From IMG/VR virus record IMGVR_UViG_3300032030_000012, positions 50,756 through 114,755 of that record: a stretch of DNA of 64,000 nt; one strand, given 5' to 3'. Below are positions 45,261 to 56,072 of this stretch, piece by piece. The position numbers and the translations under genes were made by a program. Each line of letters opens with the position of its first letter. The first letter of the stretch is position 1. Origin of the DNA: a virus. Lineage: Duplodnaviria > Heunggongvirae > Uroviricota > Caudoviricetes. The notes beneath the pieces were generated by a model that saw only the letters and a program-made list of their open reading frames with translations, had not been told where the DNA came from and made no database searches.

Positions 45261-47615
45261 CTATACTAGTTCATATTCTTTTCTTTCTTTATAAATACCT
45301 GTATTAATATAGTCATTATATTGAGCCATTGATATTTCATCATCATCAGTATTAACATCAGGACCATACCAATAAAAGAAATATTCAACATCACATTTCA
45401 TTGGTACTGATATTTTTTCAGCTCCTGCTTGTATCATTAATTTAGATAACAACTCTCCACAACGTTTTCTATTAATAAAAGGACATTCTGCTATAATTTC
45501 ATCATGTACAGGGAATTTCATTTTAAATCCTAAATCTTGTAATTCTTTATTTTGACCTACAAGTATCATAGCTCTTTTACTCATATCTGAAGCTCCACCT
45601 TGAATTGTAGAATTAACACATTGTCTTAAAGCTTCAGCAATATAACCTTGATTATTAATTATATCAATTCCAGCTTCTCTAGCTTCTTCAATTATCTTAT
45701 TTCTTTTATATAAATTAGCTTTTTCTAATTTTTCAATATATTTATCCTTTATTTCTTGAGAAACTTCTTCATGAATATCTGATTTAGCTGTAAATAAAGG
45801 ATTAAAATCAACAGGTCGTTTATCATTATAATGAAATTCATATTTCTCATCTTGAATATGAGTTAAATATCTTCTTCTTCCCCAAGCTGTTTCAGTATAT
45901 CCTCTTTCTTTAGCTTTAGCTTGTGTTTCTTCAGTAAACTGCTTAATTAAAGGATATGCATTAAAGAAATCATCTATTAGTTGTTGAGCTTCTTCAGTAG
46001 TCATATGAAGCATTTCTCCAACAGAAGCAGTACCTCTTCCATATAAAATTCCTAAAAGAACACTTTTGATTTTAGTTCTTCTCTCTTTTCCTTCTTTATA
46101 TGTAATATCTGTTTTCTTTCCATTCTCATCTAATTTAAACTCTAAACATTCTTCATATGTAGTGTGAAAAGCTTCAGCTGCCATTGTAGAATATAAATCT
46201 TTTCCTGTTCTATAAGCATTTATTAAAGATTCATCTTGACACATATGAGCCAATATACGAGGTTCTTGCTGAGAAAAATCACTTGACATTAATATATTAC
46301 CTGGAGCAGCACCGAATAATCTTCTTAACTCTTTTGATTCTCCTTTACTTGGAATCTGTTGAAGATTTGGATTAGAAGAACTAAATCTTCCAGTAGCAGC
46401 GCCATATTGGTTTAATGTTGTATGAATTTTTCCAGTACTTGGTTCTATCTGCTTAGGTAAAGCTACTAAGAAAGCATCAATTAATTTTTCCATTTTTCTA
46501 TACTCTATTAAAGCTTTAGTTAAAGGAGTATTAATTCTTTCTAACTCTTTAACTCCAGTACCTCTACCTTCTTTAGTTTTATACCCTATAATATCATAAA
46601 ATAATATACTTAATTGTGTAGGACTTGATATTGATATTGGATTATCTAATTTTTTATCATAATGCTTAATTCTAAATTCTTCAATTTGTTTTTCGTAAGG
46701 TTTTATTTCTTCATATACTTTTGCTTCTGCTATCTCAAGTCTGGCTTCATATTTATCTTTAAGTTCTTTTAACATTCCCATATTCATATTAATACCATCT
46801 CTATTCATTTTAGCAAGTATAGGCATTAAAGGAACTTCTATTTGTTCAAATACATATTTCATACCAGCACTATCTGGTTCTTCAAATTTCTTTTTCTGAT
46901 ATTCATATAATTCATATGTTATCAAAGCATCTTTTCCAGCATAAATAGTAGCTATATCTAGAGGTATATAATCAAAAGTAACTCCTTTAAACAAACTATC
47001 AAATCTATTTACTCCTTCATCTTCTACTGCAATATATTTATTATATAAATATTTCAAGCCATGCTCTTCATCTTGTTTAAATATATTTGCTGCTATCATA
47101 GTATCCCAATAAGGATCTGGCCAATCTTCTCCTAAAAATGTTCTGAATACTCCAGCATCGAATTTATAGTTGTGAAATATCCAATTAAAATGTCTAGTTC
47201 TATTTAATTCTTTTAAATAATTTCTTAGATCATCTTCAGGAATTTGACCTTTCAATTTCATATTATATAAAGCTGATTTATGATTAATAGGAATATATAA
47301 ACATTCCTTACCATTACATACAGAGAAGCCAACTATTTTATCAGTAAAGAAATTAAGTCCTGTAGTTTCAGTATCTATACCTATTGGAGCATTTTCTTCT
47401 GTAGTATCAAAGAAATGTTTAAGATCATCTAGGTTTGTTATACATTTACTTACATCTTTATAATTACCTAATTTCTCCTCTACAAGCTTTTTAGCGGTTT
47501 CAATTAAAGAAGAGATTGTCTCTCCCTTCTTTAATTTTATTTCTGAACCACTTTTTTCTTTTTTAGGAGTGGCAGGCTTTTTAGATGGTATATTTGCAAA
47601 TAAAGCCATTATCAT
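45261..47615 (-). CDS. polA: family A DNA polymerase with 3'-5' exonuclease
   Basis: IDTETTG, FHNYKFD, YAGKDA; DFSQQEPRILAH (A), RTKIKSVLLGILYG (B), PVHDEII (C). Confidence 0.95.
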   Translation of the reverse strand: MIMALFANIPSKKPATPKKEKSGSEIKLKKGETISSLIETAKKLVEEKLGNYKDVSKCITNLDDLKHFFDTTEENAPIGIDTETTGLNFFTDKIVGFSVCNGKECLYIPINHKSALYNMKLKGQIPEDDLRNYLKELNRTRHFNWIFHNYKFDAGVFRTFLGEDWPDPYWDTMIAANIFKQDEEHGLKYLYNKYIAVEDEGVNRFDSLFKGVTFDYIPLDIATIYAGKDALITYELYEYQKKKFEEPDSAGMKYVFEQIEVPLMPILAKMNRDGINMNMGMLKELKDKYEARLEIAEAKVYEEIKPYEKQIEEFRIKHYDKKLDNPISISSPTQLSILFYDIIGYKTKEGRGTGVKELERINTPLTKALIEYRKMEKLIDAFLVALPKQIEPSTGKIHTTLNQYGAATGRFSSSNPNLQQIPSKGESKELRRLFGAAPGNILMSSDFSQQEPRILAHMCQDESLINAYRTGKDLYSTMAAEAFHTTYEECLEFKLDENGKKTDITYKEGKERRTKIKSVLLGILYGRGTASVGEMLHMTTEEAQQLIDDFFNAYPLIKQFTEETQAKAKERGYTETAWGRRRYLTHIQDEKYEFHYNDKRPVDFNPLFTAKSDIHEEVSQEIKDKYIEKLEKANLYKRNKIIEEAREAGIDIINNQGYIAEALRQCVNSTIQGGASDMSKRAMILVGQNKELQDLGFKMKFPVHDEIIAECPFINRKRCGELLSKLMIQAGAEKISVPMKCDVEYFFYWYGPDVNTDDDEISMAQYNDYINTGIYKERKEYELV

Positions 47616-47632
47616 TACTCCTTTACTTTATA

Positions 47633-48250
47633 TTAAAATACATCAGCTGTTCTTCTTGTAGCTTGTTGAGCAGGTTCTTGATTTTGTCCAGCTTGTGCAT
47701 TTGCTTGAGGATCAAAATCATAATCATTTGGTTTAATAATGTTAATTTCAAATGGATCCTTAACTTCTCCAAATTGATCTTTAGTCTTCATATCATTAGG
47801 AGCTTTCATATTAGGAGCACAAGTATAAACTGTATCCTTCATAGTTTTACCTGTTCTACCAATAATAAAAGACTGTCCTGAAATTGGAGCTCCTGTTGGA
47901 AGATTTTCAAATACTGGTAATAAAGTCTTTTGAACAAAAGAACCTGATTTTTTCCAATATTGAATTTCATTATCTTCTTCTACAAACATTGGTAATACTA
48001 CTCTCATAACAGGATTATTTCCCATTGAGCACCATTTACACATATCTGCAGGATCTCCTGGATTTCTGCTACAGTCTATTGTTGCAAATTTTTCTCCAGT
48101 AAATTCATGAACTACTAAAGCTGCATTCTTTACTTCTTCTACAGTATTATATAAAAATCTTACTGTTTTCTTTTGACCATCGTCAAGTTTAAAGAATGAA
48201 CTACCTCCTCCTACGTATTTGTCAGCATCGTCTAAATTAACTCTTGCCAT
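47633..48250 (-). CDS. single-stranded DNA-binding protein (gp32-like)
   Basis: FFKLDDG, Zn-binding CS..CKWC, acidic tail; between polA and primase. Confidence 0.65.
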   Translation of the reverse strand: MARVNLDDADKYVGGGSSFFKLDDGQKKTVRFLYNTVEEVKNAALVVHEFTGEKFATIDCSRNPGDPADMCKWCSMGNNPVMRVVLPMFVEEDNEIQYWKKSGSFVQKTLLPVFENLPTGAPISGQSFIIGRTGKTMKDTVYTCAPNMKAPNDMKTKDQFGEVKDPFEINIIKPNDYDFDPQANAQAGQNQEPAQQATRRTADVF

Positions 48251-48339
48251 TTTAAATTTCTCCTTTCTTGGCCTGCGTAATTTTTATTTTTTAGGCCTGG
48301 GTGCCACCCTAAATTTTATTGGCTATATATTATAACATC

Positions 48340-49326
48340 TTATTCAGATGATAATATCTTACTTTCATACCATCTTTTCCATTCAGTATAAGAAATAACT
48401 TTTACTTGTCTAAATTCATCATATGTTAAATCATTAACATCTTTACCTTCAGGAATTAGAGCTACATTTATATTCTGTCTTCTATGTTCTTGTAAAAAAT
48501 TTCCTAATTTATAAATACCTTTTCTTCCAGCCTCATCTGGATCTAAAGCTAATACATATCCTTTACATTCAATTTCTAATAATTGTTTATATTGTAATTC
48601 AGTTCCAGTCCCTAATAATCCTACGGGTTGTTTACCCCAACCAGATAAACTCCAGACATTAAAAGGACCTTCTACCACCCATATATATCTTAAAAATCTA
48701 TCTAACTCATATAATCCATATAAAGGTTTAATCATATCTTGTGGATACCTATATACTTTTTGTTCTATAGATCTTCTTCCTAATCCAATACAATTATGAC
48801 CTTTATCATATATTGGAAATACTATATGTTTATTATAAGGATCAAAACCTAAATCATATTTTTCAGCTGTCTGTTTATCTATTCTTCTGCTTTCTAGATA
48901 TGGATGATAATATTTTAGTTTTGTTATATCTTCTTTTGGTACATATGATTTCTTTTTTATATTGAACATTACTCTCTTAGGTTTTTCTATTAATACGGCT
49001 CTTGCTTGTATTGTTTTTAATCCGAATAATGATTCTACTTCTTCCTCATCATATAAAGGTCCTAATAATAATTCTACTACTTTGGCTAGTGACATAGTTT
49101 CATGACAAGTGAAACAAGAAAATAAACCAATATAAGATCTATCTCCCTCTGTTGTTCTTATTGAAGCACTTGCTTTATTTTCTTGTCCTCCTTTATGAAA
49201 AGGACATGTTACTGAAATATTATCAGGTAATTGTCTTATATATTTAAAATACCACATTCCAGTCTTTAGATGAATGTAATCTCTAATATCTTCAATTAAT
49301 TTTACATCTATCATAAAGTTATCCAT
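48340..49326 (-). CDS. dnaG: DNA primase (CHC2 zinc finger + TOPRIM)
   Basis: CPFH...CFTC, VVEGPFN, LALDPDEAG, KDVND. Confidence 0.9.
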   Translation of the reverse strand: MDNFMIDVKLIEDIRDYIHLKTGMWYFKYIRQLPDNISVTCPFHKGGQENKASASIRTTEGDRSYIGLFSCFTCHETMSLAKVVELLLGPLYDEEEVESLFGLKTIQARAVLIEKPKRVMFNIKKKSYVPKEDITKLKYYHPYLESRRIDKQTAEKYDLGFDPYNKHIVFPIYDKGHNCIGLGRRSIEQKVYRYPQDMIKPLYGLYELDRFLRYIWVVEGPFNVWSLSGWGKQPVGLLGTGTELQYKQLLEIECKGYVLALDPDEAGRKGIYKLGNFLQEHRRQNINVALIPEGKDVNDLTYDEFRQVKVISYTEWKRWYESKILSSE

Positions 49327-50585
49327 TAGAATGAAGCGCCTCCTCCAAATATCTGTCTTGCTTTAGCTTTTCTAGCAGTAGCTACTTCTTGCTGTAATTC
49401 TCTAATAGGTTTATATTTATTTATTCCGTAATCTACTTCATATTTTTGAGTTAATCCTGATTCACCATATCTATTTTTAACTATACTAAGAGTTAATATT
49501 CCATTTTCATTTCTCATAGATATTACTCTTGTAGAGTTTTGAGCTACAGCATCTGATTCTGCTATATTTTCTAGTCCTGGTGCATTTAACTCCTGACCAC
49601 CTTGTCTATTACTTTGAGCTAATAAAACACAAGGTAAGTTATATTTAGATGACAATGTAAATAAATCCATTGATATATTACCATATTGTTGTCTTAAAGG
49701 AGTTCCAGGTTTTGATGTTATATCTTCCATTAGAGATAATTGGTCTACTATAAGCATTGTTAAATTATTTTTAACTATAAAGTTTTCTATATCTCTAATA
49801 TTTGCTTTTCTTCTTAAATCCGCTTGTGTTAATATTCTTATATCTAAACTTCTATCTAATATAAATTTTAAAGCATCTTCTTTAGTAGATGTATATGTTT
49901 CTTTCGCACAACATAAGATTCTTTCTTGTAATTGTTGTACAGACATTTCTCCTGAATATATTCCTACTCTTTCTTTTTGTAGAGATGCTGCCCATGCAAA
50001 TTTCAAGCCTATCCAAGTTTTACCTTGTCCAGTTCTTCCTACAATAGTTATTAATTCTTCTCCTCTTTTGAAACCAACTAATTTTTCATCTAATTCTTTA
50101 AACCCTGTACTAATAACATCATTTGGATCTATTTTTAATATTTCTTCAATATTATCAAATAAACCTACAGATTGATTTTCAGTACCTAATAACTCTAAAT
50201 CATTTACAGCCTGAGTCATTTTATGTACAAATTCTAAAGGATTTTCTTCAATAGCTCCTTTAGATATATCTTCATTAAGCTCTCCTAATTCGTATTCTAT
50301 TCTATGTTTAAAATAATCATTAGCTATTGTTTTACATAAATTATCTAATTCACCTATATTAGCTAATTCCATCATTTCCTCATCTGGAATTTGAAATTCA
50401 AATTGTAATAAAGGTAAATCTGGATATTTATTAACCTTTGTATATTTTTCAATATAATCATAAAGAGCTCTATTTTCATATGAAAAATAATCTCTTTTTA
50501 TATCATTATATATAATTACATTCCAGTTTTGTTCTCTAACAATACCTATTAGCAGAGCTTTTTCAATTGCTTTTATATCTTTCAT
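49326..50585 (-). CDS. dnaB: replicative DnaB-like helicase
   Basis: VGRTGQGKT, SGEM, IVDQLSLM, AQSNR, IAESDAVAQ, VKNRYG. Confidence 0.92.
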   Translation of the reverse strand: MKDIKAIEKALLIGIVREQNWNVIIYNDIKRDYFSYENRALYDYIEKYTKVNKYPDLPLLQFEFQIPDEEMMELANIGELDNLCKTIANDYFKHRIEYELGELNEDISKGAIEENPLEFVHKMTQAVNDLELLGTENQSVGLFDNIEEILKIDPNDVISTGFKELDEKLVGFKRGEELITIVGRTGQGKTWIGLKFAWAASLQKERVGIYSGEMSVQQLQERILCCAKETYTSTKEDALKFILDRSLDIRILTQADLRRKANIRDIENFIVKNNLTMLIVDQLSLMEDITSKPGTPLRQQYGNISMDLFTLSSKYNLPCVLLAQSNRQGGQELNAPGLENIAESDAVAQNSTRVISMRNENGILTLSIVKNRYGESGLTQKYEVDYGINKYKPIRELQQEVATARKAKARQIFGGGASF

Positions 50586-51268
50586 TTAAAAATCTCTGCC
50601 TCCTTTGTACCCTGTAGATTTATTTTAATAGCTCTACAATCAAAAGATAAATCTAATTGCATACAAGCAAGTGTATTTTGACCTACTTTATCATTTAAAT
50701 AATCATCATCTCCAATTGTAAAATAAAAATTTCCTAATCCTCTTCTTTGTCGAATACTAATAATGTCATAAATTTTATCTCTATCAAAATAACTATCAAG
50801 TAGTGTAAATTTATCCCATATTACTAAAGGAGCATTTTCCATACCTGAATATAATATTTTCAAATCATGAATAGGTTTTAAAGAATCTTTTTCTTCTTTA
50901 TAATCTATCAATCTCTTATAATCTTCTACAAGTAATTTAGTATCCACATAAATAATATCTTCAACTCTTATATCTTGAATTACACATTGTTTAAAATAAG
51001 ATTGAAGCATAAGATATGCTAAATAATCTAAATTAACATAATCAGCAAATTCAAAACGAAGATTATATCTATCTGTCACAGCAGAAGTCATATTTTTAAA
51101 AACATTATATAATTTAGAAGGTATAATTTTTTGATCAGTGAATCCAAGACATCTATCTGGAATTTGAGAATATTTTATATATTCATTATATCTTCTAAAT
51201 ACTGCAGCTTTGAAATCATCAGTTGCTTCTTTTAAATTAGGAATTAAATCATATAAAACATCCTCCAT
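50582..51268 (-). CDS. degenerate DnaC/IstB-like helicase loader
   Basis: LVIWDK...IISIRQRRGL..FYT Walker-B region; no Walker A; next to dnaB. Confidence 0.5.
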   Translation of the reverse strand: MEDVLYDLIPNLKEATDDFKAAVFRRYNEYIKYSQIPDRCLGFTDQKIIPSKLYNVFKNMTSAVTDRYNLRFEFADYVNLDYLAYLMLQSYFKQCVIQDIRVEDIIYVDTKLLVEDYKRLIDYKEEKDSLKPIHDLKILYSGMENAPLVIWDKFTLLDSYFDRDKIYDIISIRQRRGLGNFYFTIGDDDYLNDKVGQNTLACMQLDLSFDCRAIKINLQGTKEAEIFK

Positions 51269-51269
51269 C

Positions 51270-51719
51270 TTAAATTCTTATATCCTCCAAATATTGTAAT
51301 ACTTCTTCTTTACATGTCAATTGTCTAGGTTTTTCTATTTTATAACCTATATTATTTATATTAGTAGCATCTTTATAATCAGCCTCTTCATAATATAAAG
51401 TTCTTGTTGCTCCAAAATATATTGCTCTTTTAATATGATACAAAATATCATTCTCATTTTGAGATACAATAGACAAACCTATTGTATTATAAGGCATCCT
51501 GCATACTTTTTCTAAAAGATCTTGAGTCATTTCACGAATAGTTACTTCATTAAACTTTCCTCGATTACGCTGAGAAAATCTATAGTTACAATATTTCCAA
51601 ATTCCAGTTTTCACATTATCTGTTAATATATCATTATTATAAATATAATGATAACATGCTTTAATATCAGTTTGTTTAGATGGAACTTTACGTTTAATCT
51701 CTTGCATAGAAAAAGCCAT
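51270..51719 (-). CDS. hypothetical replication-module protein
   Basis: 149-aa ORF coupled to loader-like gene. Confidence 0.7.
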   Translation of the reverse strand: MAFSMQEIKRKVPSKQTDIKACYHYIYNNDILTDNVKTGIWKYCNYRFSQRNRGKFNEVTIREMTQDLLEKVCRMPYNTIGLSIVSQNENDILYHIKRAIYFGATRTLYYEEADYKDATNINNIGYKIEKPRQLTCKEEVLQYLEDIRI

Positions 51720-51812
51720 TTCAACACCTCCATGTATTTAATAACATCTTTTTGAGTATAAAGATAGCACTAAGTACAGTACTTAGAAACACTATATCTT
51801 AGTGCTGTTTGA

Positions 51813-52928
51813 TTAGTTTTTCTCTATTTCATGTTTAATTGATTCAGCTTGTCTTTTATCATTTTGTTTATCATATAAATTAAATACTATACTAGATAAT
51901 ACATCTGCTGTAATTTTAGTTCCATCATATGTTAAATATTCTTTTGATAATATAGCTAAAACTTCAAGTAAAGTTAATTTGTTATATCTAAATATCTTTT
52001 TAAGCTCACTTAATGATAATATATCATAAGCAGTTTCTCCTGTAGTTAGAGTAAATGTATTAAAGAATTCTTGAATTTTCTGATTACTTTCTGAATCTTG
52101 AATAGCTTCAATCTCATCTAATTGATCATCAGTTTTTAACTGAAGTTTATATCCTACTTTTTTAAGTAATGAAATTAATTCTCTTGCTGATATTTCTACA
52201 CTATTTTCTTTAAATTGAATGTAAGATTTATATAATTCTTCAGCATTTTCAGTAGAATATTTTAAAATCTCATCAATATTAAATCCTCTAATAAAATCGT
52301 TTAAGGTATTTGCATCAGAATAAGTTGAAATATTTGGTATAAATACAAAAGGATCATAAATCAAAATTCCTGTGTATACTTTATATTGAGATTTATTATT
52401 ATTATATTCTAATATAACTACAGGAACATAATCTTCTTTAGTTAAATCAGTTCCATGTTTATAAAAAACTAATTTAACAAGTCCTCCTTTACCATCAGTG
52501 AAAAATTTATCAGTTTTTTCATTAGTTGTAATATCTAAAGTAAATTTTTCTAATTGTTCCTCAAATTCTTTAATTGCATCATCATTTCTAGCATCAAATA
52601 TATCTACTACATTTTTATATTCATCTGTTAAATATAAAACTTCTGGTTTAGTTAAATAAAACATAGCTCTTGGATCTGGATTATCTTTAGCTTTCTTTAA
52701 TTGTTCATCTTTTAATTGTTTCCATATTAATTCAGCTTTCTTATAAACCTCTTTACTTGTAGAAGGTTTTAAATCAATTTGTTTATGAAGAAAAATATCA
52801 GCTCCTTTTAAAATTTCATAAGTATCATACTTATCATCTTCACTTGCTAATTTTATATGAAGATATTTTGGAGAATCCCAAACTACATCAGCTGGTTTTG
52901 TAACTTTAGTTAACATTGCTTCAAACAT
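51813..52928 (-). CDS. hypothetical protein
   Basis: 371-aa ORF. Confidence 0.8.
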   Translation of the reverse strand: MFEAMLTKVTKPADVVWDSPKYLHIKLASEDDKYDTYEILKGADIFLHKQIDLKPSTSKEVYKKAELIWKQLKDEQLKKAKDNPDPRAMFYLTKPEVLYLTDEYKNVVDIFDARNDDAIKEFEEQLEKFTLDITTNEKTDKFFTDGKGGLVKLVFYKHGTDLTKEDYVPVVILEYNNNKSQYKVYTGILIYDPFVFIPNISTYSDANTLNDFIRGFNIDEILKYSTENAEELYKSYIQFKENSVEISARELISLLKKVGYKLQLKTDDQLDEIEAIQDSESNQKIQEFFNTFTLTTGETAYDILSLSELKKIFRYNKLTLLEVLAILSKEYLTYDGTKITADVLSSIVFNLYDKQNDKRQAESIKHEIEKN

Positions 52929-53705
52929 TATTTCTCAACTTCCTTTCTTATATCTAAAAAATTTTTAAAATCTTTTACTGTGCATTTTTTACAGTAGAAT
53001 AAATCATCTAAATAAAAACCACTTTCAAAAAATTCCTGACAACCAGAACATCTTTTCATACTACCTGTAAATTTAACAGGTCTAACTATTGTATTTTTTA
53101 TATGGTTATACTGATCTAATATAATTTTATCAAATTCATCATCTTTAGGATTATCTTCAGGGAAACTCCTTTTCGATTGTATCTATTTTCTTATCTATTT
53201 TTTGATCTAATTTTTTAACATTCTCAGATAATTTTTTAATAATAGATTTAACAGGTTTCTCTTCTTTTTTAGGTTCTTCTATTTCTACTCTTTCTGGAAT
53301 ATTTATATATTTACAAGGATGATCTAAAACTCCGTATTCATAAGCTAATTTACCTTGACAGTCCTCACAAAACTTATCCATATAAGAATGTTTAGTTCTA
53401 ATAACTAATCCACAATCACTATAAATTTTCTTAGAAAAATTTTTACCTTCTTCTAAATTAGATACTATCTGTCTAACTCCTATTTGTCTTTTTGGTTGGT
53501 TTTCTTCTTTCTCTATTTCTTTAGTTTCTTTAATATTTATATTTTCTTCTGTTTTCTGAGGTTCTATTTCTATATTTGATGTACTAATAATTATGTTACC
53601 ATTCTGAATACTCATATATAATTTAGAACATTCTTTTAATTGTAACTCGTCTCTAATCTCTCTTGGTATGGTTATTCTATAACCTGATCCTAATGTGATT
53701 TCCAT
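52928..53705 (-). CDS. AbrB/MazE-type DNA-binding protein; +1 frameshift at TTT CCC TGA (53157-53165) adds a CxxC...CxxC C-terminus
   Basis: N-terminal YRITIPREIRDELQLKE; +1 frame is open for 76 codons to a TAATG overlap with the 52928 start; joined 258 aa. Confidence 0.75.
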
Positions 53706-53750
53706 AAAATTCTACCTCTCTTTTTATTTTATAACATCTTTTTGGAAAAT

Positions 53751-53784
53751 AAAAAATACAAGAAGAATTTATCTTCTTGTATTT
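53751..53784 (-). terminator. intrinsic terminator after ligA
   Basis: AAATACAAGAAGA/TCTTCTTGTATTT hairpin plus T-run. Confidence 0.7.
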
Positions 53785-53808
53785 AATAACAACTTATTTA
53801 TATAATTC

Positions 53809-55761
53809 TTACTTCAAAATATCTAAAAATTGCTGTTCTGTTATGATAGGTACTCCATATTCTTTAGCTTGTTTATTTTTTGTTGAAGTACTTTCTATAT
53901 CATTATTAACTAAGAATTGACATTTCTTTAAATTAGTTGATAATTCATAACCATAATTTTTAATATAAGCTTCGAAGTCTTTTCTTTTCATGCTTTGTAA
54001 AGATCCGGTTACAGCTATATATTTTATTTCATCTTTATTAATAATTTCAGGAAATATTAATCTATTATTCTGTAAATTATCATCGAATAGATAACTTAAA
54101 TTAGCTATTCTCCATTGATTTTCCATTAATGTTTTAGTAGTTGCATCTTTAACTAAATCTAATAATAAATTTGTAGGATCTTCAATACCAGGTTTCCCGA
54201 AATTTTCATTATTAAAACTAAATATAAATAAGTTTAGTAATAAAACTTTATTTTGAGCTAATAACTCAGCTGTCTTTTCACCAAGTCTTGGTATATTTAA
54301 TCCCATTAAAGCTTTTTCTACCTTAACAGGTTCTAAATATAATTTATTAAAAAATTCTAATATCTTAGATTCTGTTATACTTAATTTTCTAGTATTCAAA
54401 TCATTTAATACATATACTTGTTTTGTATATAAATCATCTATTGATTCTATTCCATATTGATCTAAATATTGTTTCATAATTGTATATTGTAATCCATCAG
54501 TCTCACCAATTTGCTCGCACCAAACTTGTAAATTACTTGCTTCAACATTAGGACAATTTATATCATCACAAATTAAATCTACACCTTCCCAAACTAAATT
54601 ATTACCACAATGAGGACAATGAGTTGGTAAAGGTTCTTCAGATTGTTCTATAACTTCCATTATATTAGGTATTACTTCATTAGCTCTCTGAATAACTACT
54701 TGAGCTCCTTTTCCTAAACCTTGATCTTTAACCCATTTAGCATTATTACAAGTAGCTCTTTGTATTATAGCTCCAGATAATTCTACAGGTTCTACAATAG
54801 CTACAGGTATATATCTATTATTTCTACTCATAGTCCATTCAATTTCTTTTATAATTGTAGTAGTTGTTTCTGCCTGAAATTTAAAAGCTACCTCATCATA
54901 TACATAATCATAAAGATGATGATCATCTTCATAATGAGCTAAATATTGGATATCTGGATTTGTTAAAACTAATCCATCTAATCCATAACCTAATTGTTTA
55001 AAAGCTTCAAATGTTTGTTCATGAAAAGCATTCCAAGATGATTCATTAAGTACAGGATAATAATAAATAGGAATACAATGTTTAAAATTTAATTTCAACC
55101 ATTGTAATACATCTTCTCTATTATTACAAGTAGGTTTAAATTCTTGACCTACTATTTTATATACTACTAAATCAATATATTTTATATCTTCATCTATATC
55201 TTTTCTATTAATTATTCCAGCTGCAAAATTACGAGGTGCTATCATATCTTTATATTTATGCTGTAATATGCTCCAATTAGAATCAGAGATGATTAATTCT
55301 CCTCTTACAGCTCCAGTAAATTTCTTATCAAATATATCATTACCTAAAATAATTCTTAGTTTATCTGTAATATCTTTTCCATATTCTCCATTACCTCTTG
55401 TTATTCCTTTAACTAACTTACCATTTTCATAATAAGCAACAGCAGATAAACCATCAAGTTTTGGAGAAATATAAATAGTCTTATCTTTAAATCTACTTGG
55501 TATATCTTCGTAGGTTTTAGTCTTATCCAAACTTCCTACATGTCCATATCTATGTTTAACTTTGTCTCCATTAACTTCAAATCCCCATCCTGTTTTTAAA
55601 ACTTTTGAACGAGGATTTAAAGATCTTAATTTATCTACTAAGGCATCAAAAGCATCATCACTTATTTCAGGTTCGCCTGCATAATACTTTGTAGCGTAAT
55701 AAGTAATTTGAGTTTCTAAATTTTCTATTTCATTTTCCATTAAATTATCACCCTTTACCAA
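53809..55761 (-). CDS. ligA: NAD-dependent DNA ligase with BRCT domain
   Basis: YYAGEPEISDDAFD, SPKLDGLS (KxDG), TRGNGEYG, VRGE, RNFAAG, DGLV, VTGSL...LVNN BRCT. Confidence 0.95.
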   Translation of the reverse strand: MVKGDNLMENEIENLETQITYYATKYYAGEPEISDDAFDALVDKLRSLNPRSKVLKTGWGFEVNGDKVKHRYGHVGSLDKTKTYEDIPSRFKDKTIYISPKLDGLSAVAYYENGKLVKGITRGNGEYGKDITDKLRIILGNDIFDKKFTGAVRGELIISDSNWSILQHKYKDMIAPRNFAAGIINRKDIDEDIKYIDLVVYKIVGQEFKPTCNNREDVLQWLKLNFKHCIPIYYYPVLNESSWNAFHEQTFEAFKQLGYGLDGLVLTNPDIQYLAHYEDDHHLYDYVYDEVAFKFQAETTTTIIKEIEWTMSRNNRYIPVAIVEPVELSGAIIQRATCNNAKWVKDQGLGKGAQVVIQRANEVIPNIMEVIEQSEEPLPTHCPHCGNNLVWEGVDLICDDINCPNVEASNLQVWCEQIGETDGLQYTIMKQYLDQYGIESIDDLYTKQVYVLNDLNTRKLSITESKILEFFNKLYLEPVKVEKALMGLNIPRLGEKTAELLAQNKVLLLNLFIFSFNNENFGKPGIEDPTNLLLDLVKDATTKTLMENQWRIANLSYLFDDNLQNNRLIFPEIINKDEIKYIAVTGSLQSMKRKDFEAYIKNYGYELSTNLKKCQFLVNNDIESTSTKNKQAKEYGVPIITEQQFLDILK

Positions 55762-56042
55762 TTATAAATAACTTTTATTACTATGTATCCTTTCTTTTCT
55801 AATTGATCTTTAAAATAATTTATAAATTCCTCACAAATATTTCCAGAAATACTAAAAGAACCTCCAATATCTATAGTATCTTCTTCTGGTGGATATACAT
55901 CACAACAACAAGGCCAACCCCATTCTTGTTTAGGTATCCCTGAAAAGATAGCTTGATATTTTTCAGGAAGTTCTTTCACTATTTCATCAATATCTTTTTC
56001 ATCTATTTTCTTATCAACTTTAATTGTATGTCTATATCCCAT
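55755..56042 (-). CDS. hypothetical protein
   Basis: 95-aa ORF. Confidence 0.7.
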   Translation of the reverse strand: MGYRHTIKVDKKIDEKDIDEIVKELPEKYQAIFSGIPKQEWGWPCCCDVYPPEEDTIDIGGSFSISGNICEEFINYFKDQLEKKGYIVIKVIYNW

Positions 56043-56072
56043 AATAAAATCTCCTTTATAAATAATAACATC

